Virus record (IMG/VR): IMGVR_UViG_3300032227_000842
Span: 1-26,861 of that record
Source of the DNA: a virus
Taxonomy: Duplodnaviria > Caudoviricetes
Length of the DNA stretch: 26,861 nt
Reading direction: 5' to 3' (one strand)
Shown here one piece after another: positions 9,182 to 17,220 of this stretch. The notes under the pieces were generated by a model, which saw only the letters and a program-made list of their open reading frames with translations, was not told where the DNA came from and did not search any database. Each line of letters begins with the position of its first letter. Within the stretch, counting starts at the first letter, position 1. A program made the translations under genes and the position numbers.

Positions 9182-9210
9182 TTGACAGAAACGCCAAGCT
9201 AGTGTAAAAT
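9182..9210 (+). promoter_or_regulatory. sigma70-type (early) promoter
   Basis: TTGACA (9182-9187), 17-nt spacer, TAAAAT (9205-9210); GGAG SD and ATG 9238 follow. Confidence 0.85.
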
Positions 9211-9237
9211 AAGAAATCATCAAGAAACGGAGTTAGT

Positions 9238-10428
9238 ATGAGCCGAAAAGCAGTATCACAGTTTGTCGTAAAGACCCTTAATCCTAAGGATGAGGATTCT
9301 AAATATTACGGAACTGAACCCGAGTTCAAAGAGCAACCTACAGTTGAAGGTCGGAACTCAGCACTGACGAACGGTCTTCGTTGGTATAGCCGATTCTTTG
9401 GACGAAAGGATGCCAAGGAATTGTTGATTCAATATACCGAATTTAAAGGTAATCCTGAACAAGGTAAACTTCTGCGTAAAGTAGAAGATAGTGAAATTGC
9501 AATGTCTCTTTGCTGGTTGGCTCGTATGAATATGCGTGGACTAGTATTGACTGATGAAGAGCAGACAAAGGTAAATAATGAACTTTTCCGATTGACGGAA
9601 ACATTCACCAATCCTCAACTTGCTAAAGTAAGTATGACTTCAGTTGCAAAAACGGATGAAAAAGAAGTTAAGGAAACTAATCGTCCTAACGTACAAGAAA
9701 TTATGCGGGAGAAAGCTTCCGAAGTAGCAGGGGAGCTTGAAGGTATTTTTGATGAATACATTAAAGATGGAGCAAAAGCTAGCCATAGTTTTAAAATCAT
9801 TGATGAAGTAAAAAAGAAAAACATTCTATCTCAACATGTCTATATCATTAGTGATGTTTGGAAAAAGAAACTAGCGGAGTTTTCACTGGTTCTAGAAGGT
9901 AAAGATGGAGATTTAGCTCAAGGTTATGCTTTCTTGACTAAAACTCAAATCAAAAACATTATCAAATTCATTGAGCAGGTGCTCAGCGAATTGAATAGTT
10001 ATATTTCAGTTAAAAAGACTACCCGAGCACCTAGGGCTCGCAAACCTGTCTCGGTAGAGAAACAAGTTTCAAAACTGAAATACCTGCGAAGTTTTAAGGA
10101 TGAAGCCCTTAAATTAGACTTGACAAGCGTTCATCCTACTAAACTCCACGGTGCTAGTGAATGTTGGGCATATGATACCGCTAAGCGCAAGCTTCATCAT
10201 TATGTGGCTGATGAATACAGCAAAACGTTTACGGTTAAAGGTAATACTCTTTTGGGTTTTGATACTAGGAATAGTGAGATGAAAACTTTGCGTAAACCCA
10301 CTGAGCAATTAAAAGAAATTATGGGTAGCAAGCCGGCTGCTCGTAAATACTTTAAAGATATCAAAGCAGTGTCTACTGTACCAAACGGTAGATTTAATGA
10401 AAATCTTATTATTTTAAAGGCATTTTAA
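9238..10428 (+). CDS. Conserved hypothetical phage protein (basic, probably early)
   Basis: 396 aa, Lys-rich; C-terminal WAYDTAKRKL...FTVKGNTLLGFD...KTLRKP...NGRFNENLIILKAF resembles a conserved unknown family in large myophages; sigma70 promoter and SD upstream. Confidence 0.7.
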   Translation: MSRKAVSQFVVKTLNPKDEDSKYYGTEPEFKEQPTVEGRNSALTNGLRWYSRFFGRKDAKELLIQYTEFKGNPEQGKLLRKVEDSEIAMSLCWLARMNMRGLVLTDEEQTKVNNELFRLTETFTNPQLAKVSMTSVAKTDEKEVKETNRPNVQEIMREKASEVAGELEGIFDEYIKDGAKASHSFKIIDEVKKKNILSQHVYIISDVWKKKLAEFSLVLEGKDGDLAQGYAFLTKTQIKNIIKFIEQVLSELNSYISVKKTTRAPRARKPVSVEKQVSKLKYLRSFKDEALKLDLTSVHPTKLHGASECWAYDTAKRKLHHYVADEYSKTFTVKGNTLLGFDTRNSEMKTLRKPTEQLKEIMGSKPAARKYFKDIKAVSTVPNGRFNENLIILKAF

Positions 10429-10429
10429 T

Positions 10430-10870
10430 ATGACAAAACAAATTGATTTAAACAAATATAGTGAATTTGTAGAGGCTGTAACTAGCCGAGACAGTAGCGA
10501 TTTAACATCATTCATTAACCGTCTAGATTACCTCGATGGCATGTGGGACGATAAACTTGAAGAAAAGGGACCAATGATTAACGTTCCCCTACTACTTACT
10601 TCCGCGATCGGATTAGGTAGTGAAACAGGAGAGTTCCAAGAAATTGTTAAGAAACTGTTTTTTCAAGGTAAACCACTTACTGAAGAAACCAAGTTCCATA
10701 TGAAGAGGGAATTAGGAGATATCATGTGGTATTGGACTAATGCCTGTAGGGCACTTAACTTAGATCCCAATGATGTTATTTCTGAGAACGTAACTAAATT
10801 AAAAGCAAGATATCCTAGTGGAGACTTTGATCCTTTTTACAGTGAGAATCGTAAAGAAGGAGATTTGTAA
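10430..10870 (+). CDS. mazG: MazG-like NTP pyrophosphohydrolase
   Basis: GLGSETGEFQEIVKK...KRELGDIMWY...NVTKLKARYP contains the ExxE...ExxD metal-binding motif of phage single-domain MazG. Confidence 0.93.
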   Translation: MTKQIDLNKYSEFVEAVTSRDSSDLTSFINRLDYLDGMWDDKLEEKGPMINVPLLLTSAIGLGSETGEFQEIVKKLFFQGKPLTEETKFHMKRELGDIMWYWTNACRALNLDPNDVISENVTKLKARYPSGDFDPFYSENRKEGDL

Positions 10871-10875
10871 CATTG

Positions 10876-10914
10876 ATGATTACCTGATAAATATAGTTAT
10901 TATCAGGTAATCAT
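10876..10914 (+). promoter_or_regulatory. 15-bp perfect hairpin burying the RBS of the gp13-like gene and containing late promoter GATAAATA (10886-10893)
   Basis: ATGATTACCTGATAA (10876-10890), 9-nt loop, TTATCAGGTAATCAT (10900-10914); ATG at 10916. Confidence 0.85.
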
Positions 10915-10915
10915 T

Positions 10916-11713
10916 ATGAGTATAGGACCAGTCGCAAGTATTTTAAGTACCCCATCTGGATTAACACTAGATCAATTAAAACAAGCATTATTTAACAATG
11001 TCAGTCTTAGATTGGGTCAAGGTATCATTGATTTAGAACTTGATCCTCAGCATTATGAGGCTGCATATAATTATGCCATTAAAATTTATAGGCAACGGGC
11101 ACAAAATGCTACCGCTGAATCTTATACTTTAATGACGGTTATTAAGAATATTGATACTTATACATTACCACAAGAATTTATAAATGTTCGTTGTTTATTC
11201 AGAAGAACAGTTGGTTTAGAAACTGGACCTAGTTCAACATCATTTGATCCTTTTTCAAGTGCTATTCTTAATACCTATTTGTTGAATTACAACTATACAG
11301 GGGGTATGGCAACATATGATTTTTATGCCGGCTATGTTGAATTAGCAGCAAGAATGTTTGGTGGATATGTTACATATACTTTTGATCCAGTGACAAAAGT
11401 ATTGCGTGTGGTTAGAGATTTTAAAGGTACAGGCGAACGTATTCTTATTTGGGCTGATGTTCAAAGAACAGAAGAAGTACTATTACAAGACCCAGGTGCT
11501 GGTGTTTGGATTGCCGACTTTGTTTTAGCAGTTTTAAAAGGTATTATCGGTGAAGCCAGAGAAAAATTTGGTACGATTGTGGGCCCGGGCGGTGGCACTC
11601 AATTAAACGGTGCAGCAATGAAGGCTGAAGGTAAAGCAGCACAAGAACAGTTAATTGATGAATTAAAACGCTATGTAGATTACAGCCAACCATTGACTTG
11701 GATTCAAGGTTAA
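10916..11713 (+). CDS. gp13: Neck/head-tail adaptor protein (T4 gp13-like)
   Basis: LRLGQGIIDLELDPQHYE near the N-terminus; WIADFVLAVLKGIIGEAREKF...PGGGTQLNGAAMKAEG at the C-terminus, as in the gp13 family. Confidence 0.85.
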   Translation: MSIGPVASILSTPSGLTLDQLKQALFNNVSLRLGQGIIDLELDPQHYEAAYNYAIKIYRQRAQNATAESYTLMTVIKNIDTYTLPQEFINVRCLFRRTVGLETGPSSTSFDPFSSAILNTYLLNYNYTGGMATYDFYAGYVELAARMFGGYVTYTFDPVTKVLRVVRDFKGTGERILIWADVQRTEEVLLQDPGAGVWIADFVLAVLKGIIGEAREKFGTIVGPGGGTQLNGAAMKAEGKAAQEQLIDELKRYVDYSQPLTWIQG

Positions 11714-11714
11714 A

Positions 11715-12128
11715 ATGAAAATCGGGGAATTACTTAGAGAAAGTAATCAACCCATAGTTGACTCTAACCACATATATACATTAGCAAAAAAAATTCACCG
11801 AAATTATAATGACTTTGGTGAAGGGGATTTATCTGACAGAATCTTTTGGTTTGATCAATATAAATTAGTTGACTTGCCTTTATCTAAATTAAATTTGAAT
11901 GAATGGGACATAGATGAAGATTTAGTAGCAGACCATATTGCTCAAATAATGAAGTCAAAACACACAATGCCTCCCATAGTGTTTGACCCAATTCAGAATT
12001 CTATTATTGATGGCACACACCGCGCAAATGCGTATGCTAAATTAGGCTATGATACTATACCTGCTTATATAGGTTCAGTTAAATCTGAACATTATGGTGA
12101 GAGTGGTGAATCAGAAGAAGATTATTGA
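11715..12128 (+). CDS. ParB/Sulfiredoxin N-terminal-domain protein with putative capsid-targeting N-terminus
   Basis: MPPIVFD...IIDGTHRANAYAKLGYDTIPAY is the ParB/Srx DGxHR motif; begins MKIGELLRE. Confidence 0.8.
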   Translation: MKIGELLRESNQPIVDSNHIYTLAKKIHRNYNDFGEGDLSDRIFWFDQYKLVDLPLSKLNLNEWDIDEDLVADHIAQIMKSKHTMPPIVFDPIQNSIIDGTHRANAYAKLGYDTIPAYIGSVKSEHYGESGESEEDY

Positions 12129-12149
12129 ACCTAAATACTTTATTTTGTA

Positions 12150-12185
12150 AAGCTCCTGTAATATAATATATATTTACAGGAGCTT
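12150..12185 (+). promoter_or_regulatory. 12-bp perfect hairpin burying the dNMP kinase SD, with TATAAT in the loop
   Basis: AAGCTCCTGTAA (12150-12161) pairs with TTACAGGAGCTT (12174-12185); SD AGGAG at 12178-12182; TATAAT at 12162-12167; ATG at 12191. Confidence 0.75.
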
Positions 12186-12190
12186 ACCAC

Positions 12191-12826
12191 ATGATCATTG
12201 GAATTACTGGGTTGATAAATTCTGGAAAAGACACTATTGCAGATTATCTAACTACATTTCATGGTTTTAAAAGATTAAGTTTTGCCGCTTCTCTAAAAGA
12301 TGCTGTAGCAGCGGTATTTAATTGGGATCGTGAAATGCTAGAGGGTACTACCAAATCTAGTAGGGAATGGCGTGAACAGGTTGATCATTGGTGGGCAGAA
12401 CGATTGGGTATTCCACATCTTACCCCTAGGTGGATCCTACAGTATTGGGGAACAGATGTTTGCCGTAACGCATTTCACACGGATATTTGGGTAGCTTCTG
12501 TAGAAAATAAATTAAGAACCTCTACAGATAATATAGTCATCACTGATTGTAGATTCTACAATGAAGTTGGTGCTATTAAAAATGCAGGAGGAGTTACCAT
12601 CAGAGTTGAAAGAGGTGAGAACCCTGAATGGTATTCACATGCAATAAATTATAATAAAGGTGAAAACAGTAATTTAGGATGGGCTACTGGGAGATATCAC
12701 CTTGAACAATTAGGAATCCATGCCAGTGAATATAGCAGCGTTGGATTAGAGTACGACCACATTGTTGAAAATAATGGCACGATTGACGAATTGCATAAAA
12801 AGATTGAATCAATAATCAACCTGTAA
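12191..12826 (+). CDS. Deoxynucleoside monophosphate kinase (T4 gp1-like)
   Basis: P-loop GLINSGKDT, SFAASLKD, TPRWILQYWGTDVCR, VITDCRFYNE and HASE. Confidence 0.92.
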   Translation: MIIGITGLINSGKDTIADYLTTFHGFKRLSFAASLKDAVAAVFNWDREMLEGTTKSSREWREQVDHWWAERLGIPHLTPRWILQYWGTDVCRNAFHTDIWVASVENKLRTSTDNIVITDCRFYNEVGAIKNAGGVTIRVERGENPEWYSHAINYNKGENSNLGWATGRYHLEQLGIHASEYSSVGLEYDHIVENNGTIDELHKKIESIINL

Positions 12827-13162
12827 GTCTCCGCGTTTCCAAGTAACTTCTTTTTTCTTTACAACTTCTACGCAGTTAAGACAAATACTTCGTAAATTGG
12901 TATACATTGTATTTTCTAAACTACCGTCTATGTGGTAGACTATGATTTGTGTGGGTAGTATACTATGGAATCCACACAAATCACATTGCTTTTTCTTTTT
13001 ATAACCACTAGTCATCCATTTTGGTTTCCTAGGTTTTAATTTCTTTTTTTTACTGCCACATTCGTCACATATACTGCGATAATGGGTTATCTCATTGCGT
13101 TTATAATTTATCGCGCAAACGTTTTTGTTGCATTCTTTGCATATGGGGCGTGATATTTCCAT
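12809..13162 (-). CDS. Zn-finger/degenerate HNH-domain protein
   Basis: Start moved to ATG 13162 (MEISRPICKEC), 5 nt after a GATAAATA promoter; four CxxC pairs; VYHIDGSLENTMYTNLRSICLNC is HNH-like but lacks the terminal His. Confidence 0.7.
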   Translation of the reverse strand: MEISRPICKECNKNVCAINYKRNEITHYRSICDECGSKKKKLKPRKPKWMTSGYKKKKQCDLCGFHSILPTQIIVYHIDGSLENTMYTNLRSICLNCVEVVKKKEVTWKRGDLQVDY

Positions 13163-13167
13163 GTAAA

Positions 13168-13175
13168 TATTTATC
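13168..13175 (-). promoter_or_regulatory. Late promoter GATAAATA (minus strand)
   Basis: TATTTATC on the plus strand; the minus strand reads GATAAATA-TTTAC-ATG. Confidence 0.7.
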
Positions 13176-13219
13176 ATAACCTTCGAAGGTTGGGTAATAC
13201 CGCCTTTTTTCATTTATTT

Positions 13220-13227
13220 TATAAATA
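13220..13227 (+). promoter_or_regulatory. Late promoter TATAAATA (exact T4 gp55 consensus)
   Basis: Upstream of the tail sheath gene, with AAGGA SD before ATG 13281. Confidence 0.85.
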
Positions 13228-13280
13228 ATAGTATACAATCAGGTGGTAAGCCTCAAAATTTTACAATAAGGAAAAAGAAA

Positions 13281-16200
13281 ATGGCATTAGTTAGTCCAGG
13301 CGTAGAAGTAACAATCATTGACCAAAGTCAATATTTACCTGCCGCAGTAAATTCAGTCCCGTTTATTCTATTAGCAACTGCACAAAACAAAGCAGATGGT
13401 ACTGGAACAGCAGTAGCGCCTGCAACAACAGCCGCAAATGCAAACAAATTATATCTAGTTACTAGTCAACGAGACTTGGTATCTTTATATGGTACGCCTT
13501 TCTTCTATACAACTACAAATGGCACACCTATTCAAGGTTATGAATTAAATGAATATGGTTTATTAGCTGCATATTCATTATTAGGCGGAACTAATCGTTG
13601 CTACATTTTACGTGCTGACATAGACTTGGCTAGTTTAGTTGGTCAAACAGGTAGACCAACTGGTGCACCTCCAAATGGCACATGGTGGTTAGATACGACC
13701 AACACAACTTGGGGTATCTCTGAGTTTAACTATACTACTGGTCAATTTGTAACTAAAGTTCCTATCGTAATTGTTGATCCAGCTAATATGAGCGGTGGGG
13801 CACCACTTCCTAGTATTGGTAATATAGGTGACTATGCGGTTAATGCTATGCAAATAACAACATTTCCTTCAGCATTAACCGCATCCCAATATTTTTATAA
13901 AACTTTAGCAAACGTTTGGGTATCTGTAGGTGAAGCGGCTTGGTTAGCAAATTGGCCAACAATTCAAAGCACTGCCTCTAATCCAACACTAACTGCCGGC
14001 AATTTTTTTGATATTATTGTTAATGGAGATTTTTCTGTTAGAGTAACAGTTCCTGTTGCTCCTAATAATACAGTGCAAGGTGTCGCCTACGTAATCAACA
14101 ACGCCCAACTCACTTATCTTAGTGCTTCTGTCAGAAGTGGCAAACTATGTATTTTCTCTAAGCAAACAGGTGGTAATAATATGCTACCTTACAATATTGA
14201 AATTGTTGCTGATCCAGACCCTGCAGATACCGTATTAGCTGATCTTGGTATTACAGCTGGCACCTATAATCAACCTCAGTTTGAATATGGTACAGCGGCA
14301 CAACAACCTTTATGGTATGCAGGTCAAACATATCCTGCTCCTACTGGATCGGTATTCATTAAAGTTGGTGGTGGTGGTACTGGTGGTGGGTATAGTCCAG
14401 TAGTAGCGCAGTTTAGTAGCACAATTGCTAACTGGGTGACAAAAACAGTAGGGATAGCAACATCAGATTGGGAGGCTACTGCGGGCATTGATGCTTCTGG
14501 TGGTAAAGCAATTCCAGTTGGTACTGTATATGCACAGTATGCATTTGACAATGAATACTATTATGGACCAACATACTTATGGGAAAGAGTCGCCACCGGT
14601 CCTACAGTAGTAGTTGGCACCGTGGCCAACCCTACATTTACCAATGGTCCTTATACTTATACAGTAAATGTGACTATTCCAGGTAGTACATCATTATCAA
14701 GTGACTATGTAGTAAGTTTAGCAAACAATACAACTGCAACTGATTTTGTGACATCTTGGACTGCTGCTGGTATTGCAAATACTTCTGCTCTAGTAACACC
14801 ATCTGGCGCAATTGCATTGGTTCATAACGAAGGTGGAGAAATCATTATCAATGATACTCGCACATCAGGTGTGAATGGTGGACTGGTAACAGCCTCTTCC
14901 CTGATTAGTGGAACTAGTATTACAACTCCTGGAACTTATACAGGTGTACCTGTCACTACGATGTCAGGCAGTGGTTCAGGCGCTATAGCTACAGTAACTA
15001 AATTGGGATCATCTAATACATACACTCCCCTTAACACAACGATAACAATTACCACTCCTGGCGCAGGATATGTTCCTGGTGATTCAGTGTTTATTTCGAG
15101 TTCAGCAATGGGCATTGGTCCTGGATATGATGTTATGTTTCAAGTAGGTACAGTTACCGCCGGTCAAGGTACATCTTATGGTTTGTGTACGGCAGCAGGC
15201 TTTGTTAATGGTGTCACTGACGGATGTAAATATGGTCCAGCAGACTTTCAAACGTTTAATATTACACAAAGTTCTACTACAAGTGTTAGTGGCACAGGTT
15301 TAGGGATTCAAGTATTAAGAAGTTATGGCGCATATGATGTAGATCCTGTTGCAATCAATGCAGCAGGTACAGGATATGCAGTTGGAGATACGGTTACATT
15401 CTCCGGACTACAATTAGGTGGAACTGCACCTGCAAATAATTTAGTAGTGACAGTTACTCAAGTTGGTATCTCTGGCGTGGTTGAGGCTGTGACATATAAA
15501 TCAGGTTCTGCTGCTCAAATTTACACAACACAGTTAAGTAACTGGAGATACTTTCAATATATTCCTAATGAGGGACAACCTACTATTGCTCCTCTTGATG
15601 GTACTAATTGGTTCTACAGTGTAGTAAATGAAGTTGATATTATGATTAACTACGGTGGAGGTTGGAAAGGTTATAAAAATCAGGGTTATAGTTCTAGTGG
15701 ATTTCCTTCTCCTACAATTGTAAATGCAACTGATCCAAACGGACCTCTTATCGCAGTTACTGCACCTACAACTCAAAGTGATGGTACTCCATTGGTATAC
15801 GGTGATCTTTGGATTGATACGACAAACTTAGAACTTTATCCAGTAATTTCGCGTTGGCAATTAGTTGATGGTGTCGATCAGTGGGTAACTATTGATAATA
15901 CAAATCAAACAGGACCAACAGGAATTCTATTTGCTGATGCACGTTGGGCAACTAATGGCAACACAAGCCCAACGGATGATCCGATACCATCAATTCCAAG
16001 TTTATTAACAAGCAATTATCTTGATTTAGATGCACCTAGTTATACACTATCTCCAGTTGGAATGTTGTTGTTTAATACAAGACGTTCAGGGTATAACGTT
16101 AAGCAGTATCAAGTTAATTATTTTAACACTACTAGCTTCCCAGGAGCCGCTTTACCTGATGAAACTAGTGCCTGGGTTACCGCAAGTGGTCTACAGGCTG

Positions 16201-17171
16201 ATGGTTCACCTTATATGGGTAGAAAAGCTCAACGTGCCATGGTTGTTCAGGCACTAAGAGCATCTATTGATTCTAACTTCGCTATTAGAGATGAGGATAA
16301 CTTCTTTAACTTACAAGCATGTCCTTATTATCCTGAGTTACAGCCTAACATGGTTGTATTAAATGCCGATCGTGGTGAAACCAGTTATATTATCGGTGAT
16401 ACTCCAATGAGATTACCTGATCAGGCTACTGAAATTCAAGCATGGGCAACTAACGCTGCCGGTGCAGCAGCTACAGGTGAAGATGGTTTAGTGACACGCA
16501 ATACTTATTTAGGATTGTTCTATCCAAGTGGGATAGCTAGTGACTTATCAGGTAATTTAGTTGCAGTTCCCCCATCACACATGATGTTAAGAACTTTCTT
16601 AAGAAATGATACTATTGCTTATCCTTGGTTAGCTGCTGCAGGTACAAGACGCGGTATTATTGATAATGCAACTAATATTGGTTATTTGGATGCACAAACA
16701 GGTGAATTCCAAATTATCAAAAATAGACTTGGTATTAGAGATGTATTGTACTTGAACTTCATTAATCCTCTGACCTTCTTTACTGGTAATGGATTGTTGA
16801 ATTATGGTAACAAGACAAGCTTTGATTCACAAAGTGCATTGGATAGGACTAATGTTGCAAGACTAATTGCTTACATCCGTCGTCAGTTGACTATAGCAAC
16901 TCGTCCGTTTGTATTTGAACCAAATGATGCATTTACTAGACAACAGGTAGCAGCGGTGATTCAAACTCTAATGGTTGATTTAGTTGCTAAACGTGGCTTG
17001 TACGATTACTTGGTAATTTGTGATGAATCTAATAACACACCTGCAAGAATTGACAGAAATGAGTTATGGGTTGATATTGCAATCGAACCAGTTAAGGCTG
17101 CTGAATTCATCTACATTCCAGTTCGTGTTCTAAACACAGGTGAAATTGCTGCGTTAGGTTTAAACGGGTAA
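13281..17171 (+). CDS. gp18: Contractile tail sheath protein with large inserted domains
   Basis: MALVSPGVEVTIIDQS N-terminus; VPPSH...PWLAAAGTRRG, RTNVARL, FVFEPND and VICDESNNTPARIDRNELWVDIAIEPVKAAEFIYIP in the C-terminal region. Confidence 0.97.
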   Translation: MALVSPGVEVTIIDQSQYLPAAVNSVPFILLATAQNKADGTGTAVAPATTAANANKLYLVTSQRDLVSLYGTPFFYTTTNGTPIQGYELNEYGLLAAYSLLGGTNRCYILRADIDLASLVGQTGRPTGAPPNGTWWLDTTNTTWGISEFNYTTGQFVTKVPIVIVDPANMSGGAPLPSIGNIGDYAVNAMQITTFPSALTASQYFYKTLANVWVSVGEAAWLANWPTIQSTASNPTLTAGNFFDIIVNGDFSVRVTVPVAPNNTVQGVAYVINNAQLTYLSASVRSGKLCIFSKQTGGNNMLPYNIEIVADPDPADTVLADLGITAGTYNQPQFEYGTAAQQPLWYAGQTYPAPTGSVFIKVGGGGTGGGYSPVVAQFSSTIANWVTKTVGIATSDWEATAGIDASGGKAIPVGTVYAQYAFDNEYYYGPTYLWERVATGPTVVVGTVANPTFTNGPYTYTVNVTIPGSTSLSSDYVVSLANNTTATDFVTSWTAAGIANTSALVTPSGAIALVHNEGGEIIINDTRTSGVNGGLVTASSLISGTSITTPGTYTGVPVTTMSGSGSGAIATVTKLGSSNTYTPLNTTITITTPGAGYVPGDSVFISSSAMGIGPGYDVMFQVGTVTAGQGTSYGLCTAAGFVNGVTDGCKYGPADFQTFNITQSSTTSVSGTGLGIQVLRSYGAYDVDPVAINAAGTGYAVGDTVTFSGLQLGGTAPANNLVVTVTQVGISGVVEAVTYKSGSAAQIYTTQLSNWRYFQYIPNEGQPTIAPLDGTNWFYSVVNEVDIMINYGGGWKGYKNQGYSSSGFPSPTIVNATDPNGPLIAVTAPTTQSDGTPLVYGDLWIDTTNLELYPVISRWQLVDGVDQWVTIDNTNQTGPTGILFADARWATNGNTSPTDDPIPSIPSLLTSNYLDLDAPSYTLSPVGMLLFNTRRSGYNVKQYQVNYFNTTSFPGAALPDETSAWVTASGLQADGSPYMGRKAQRAMVVQALRASIDSNFAIRDEDNFFNLQACPYYPELQPNMVVLNADRGETSYIIGDTPMRLPDQATEIQAWATNAAGAAATGEDGLVTRNTYLGLFYPSGIASDLSGNLVAVPPSHMMLRTFLRNDTIAYPWLAAAGTRRGIIDNATNIGYLDAQTGEFQIIKNRLGIRDVLYLNFINPLTFFTGNGLLNYGNKTSFDSQSALDRTNVARLIAYIRRQLTIATRPFVFEPNDAFTRQQVAAVIQTLMVDLVAKRGLYDYLVICDESNNTPARIDRNELWVDIAIEPVKAAEFIYIPVRVLNTGEIAALGLNG

Positions 17172-17192
17172 GAAAGTAGAGTAAAATTTTTA

Positions 17193-17200
17193 GATAAATA
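17193..17200 (+). promoter_or_regulatory. Late promoter GATAAATA
   Basis: Between the sheath and tube genes; AGGAG SD follows. Confidence 0.8.
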
Positions 17201-17220
17201 AATATACAGGAGAAATAAAA

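Noticed and set aside
9180-9199. GCTTG-N10-CAAGC inverted repeat over the -35 box as an operator
   Set aside because: The arms are only 5 bp, which is expected by chance, and no second copy was noticed.
11715-12128. ParABS partition system
   Set aside because: Only the catalytic N-terminal domain is present; no HTH, ParA or parS repeats were seen.
13163-13213. ORF-track start at 13213 for the HNH-like gene
   Set aside because: The extension runs through the promoter motif and palindrome; ATG 13162 fits the recurring promoter-to-ATG spacing.
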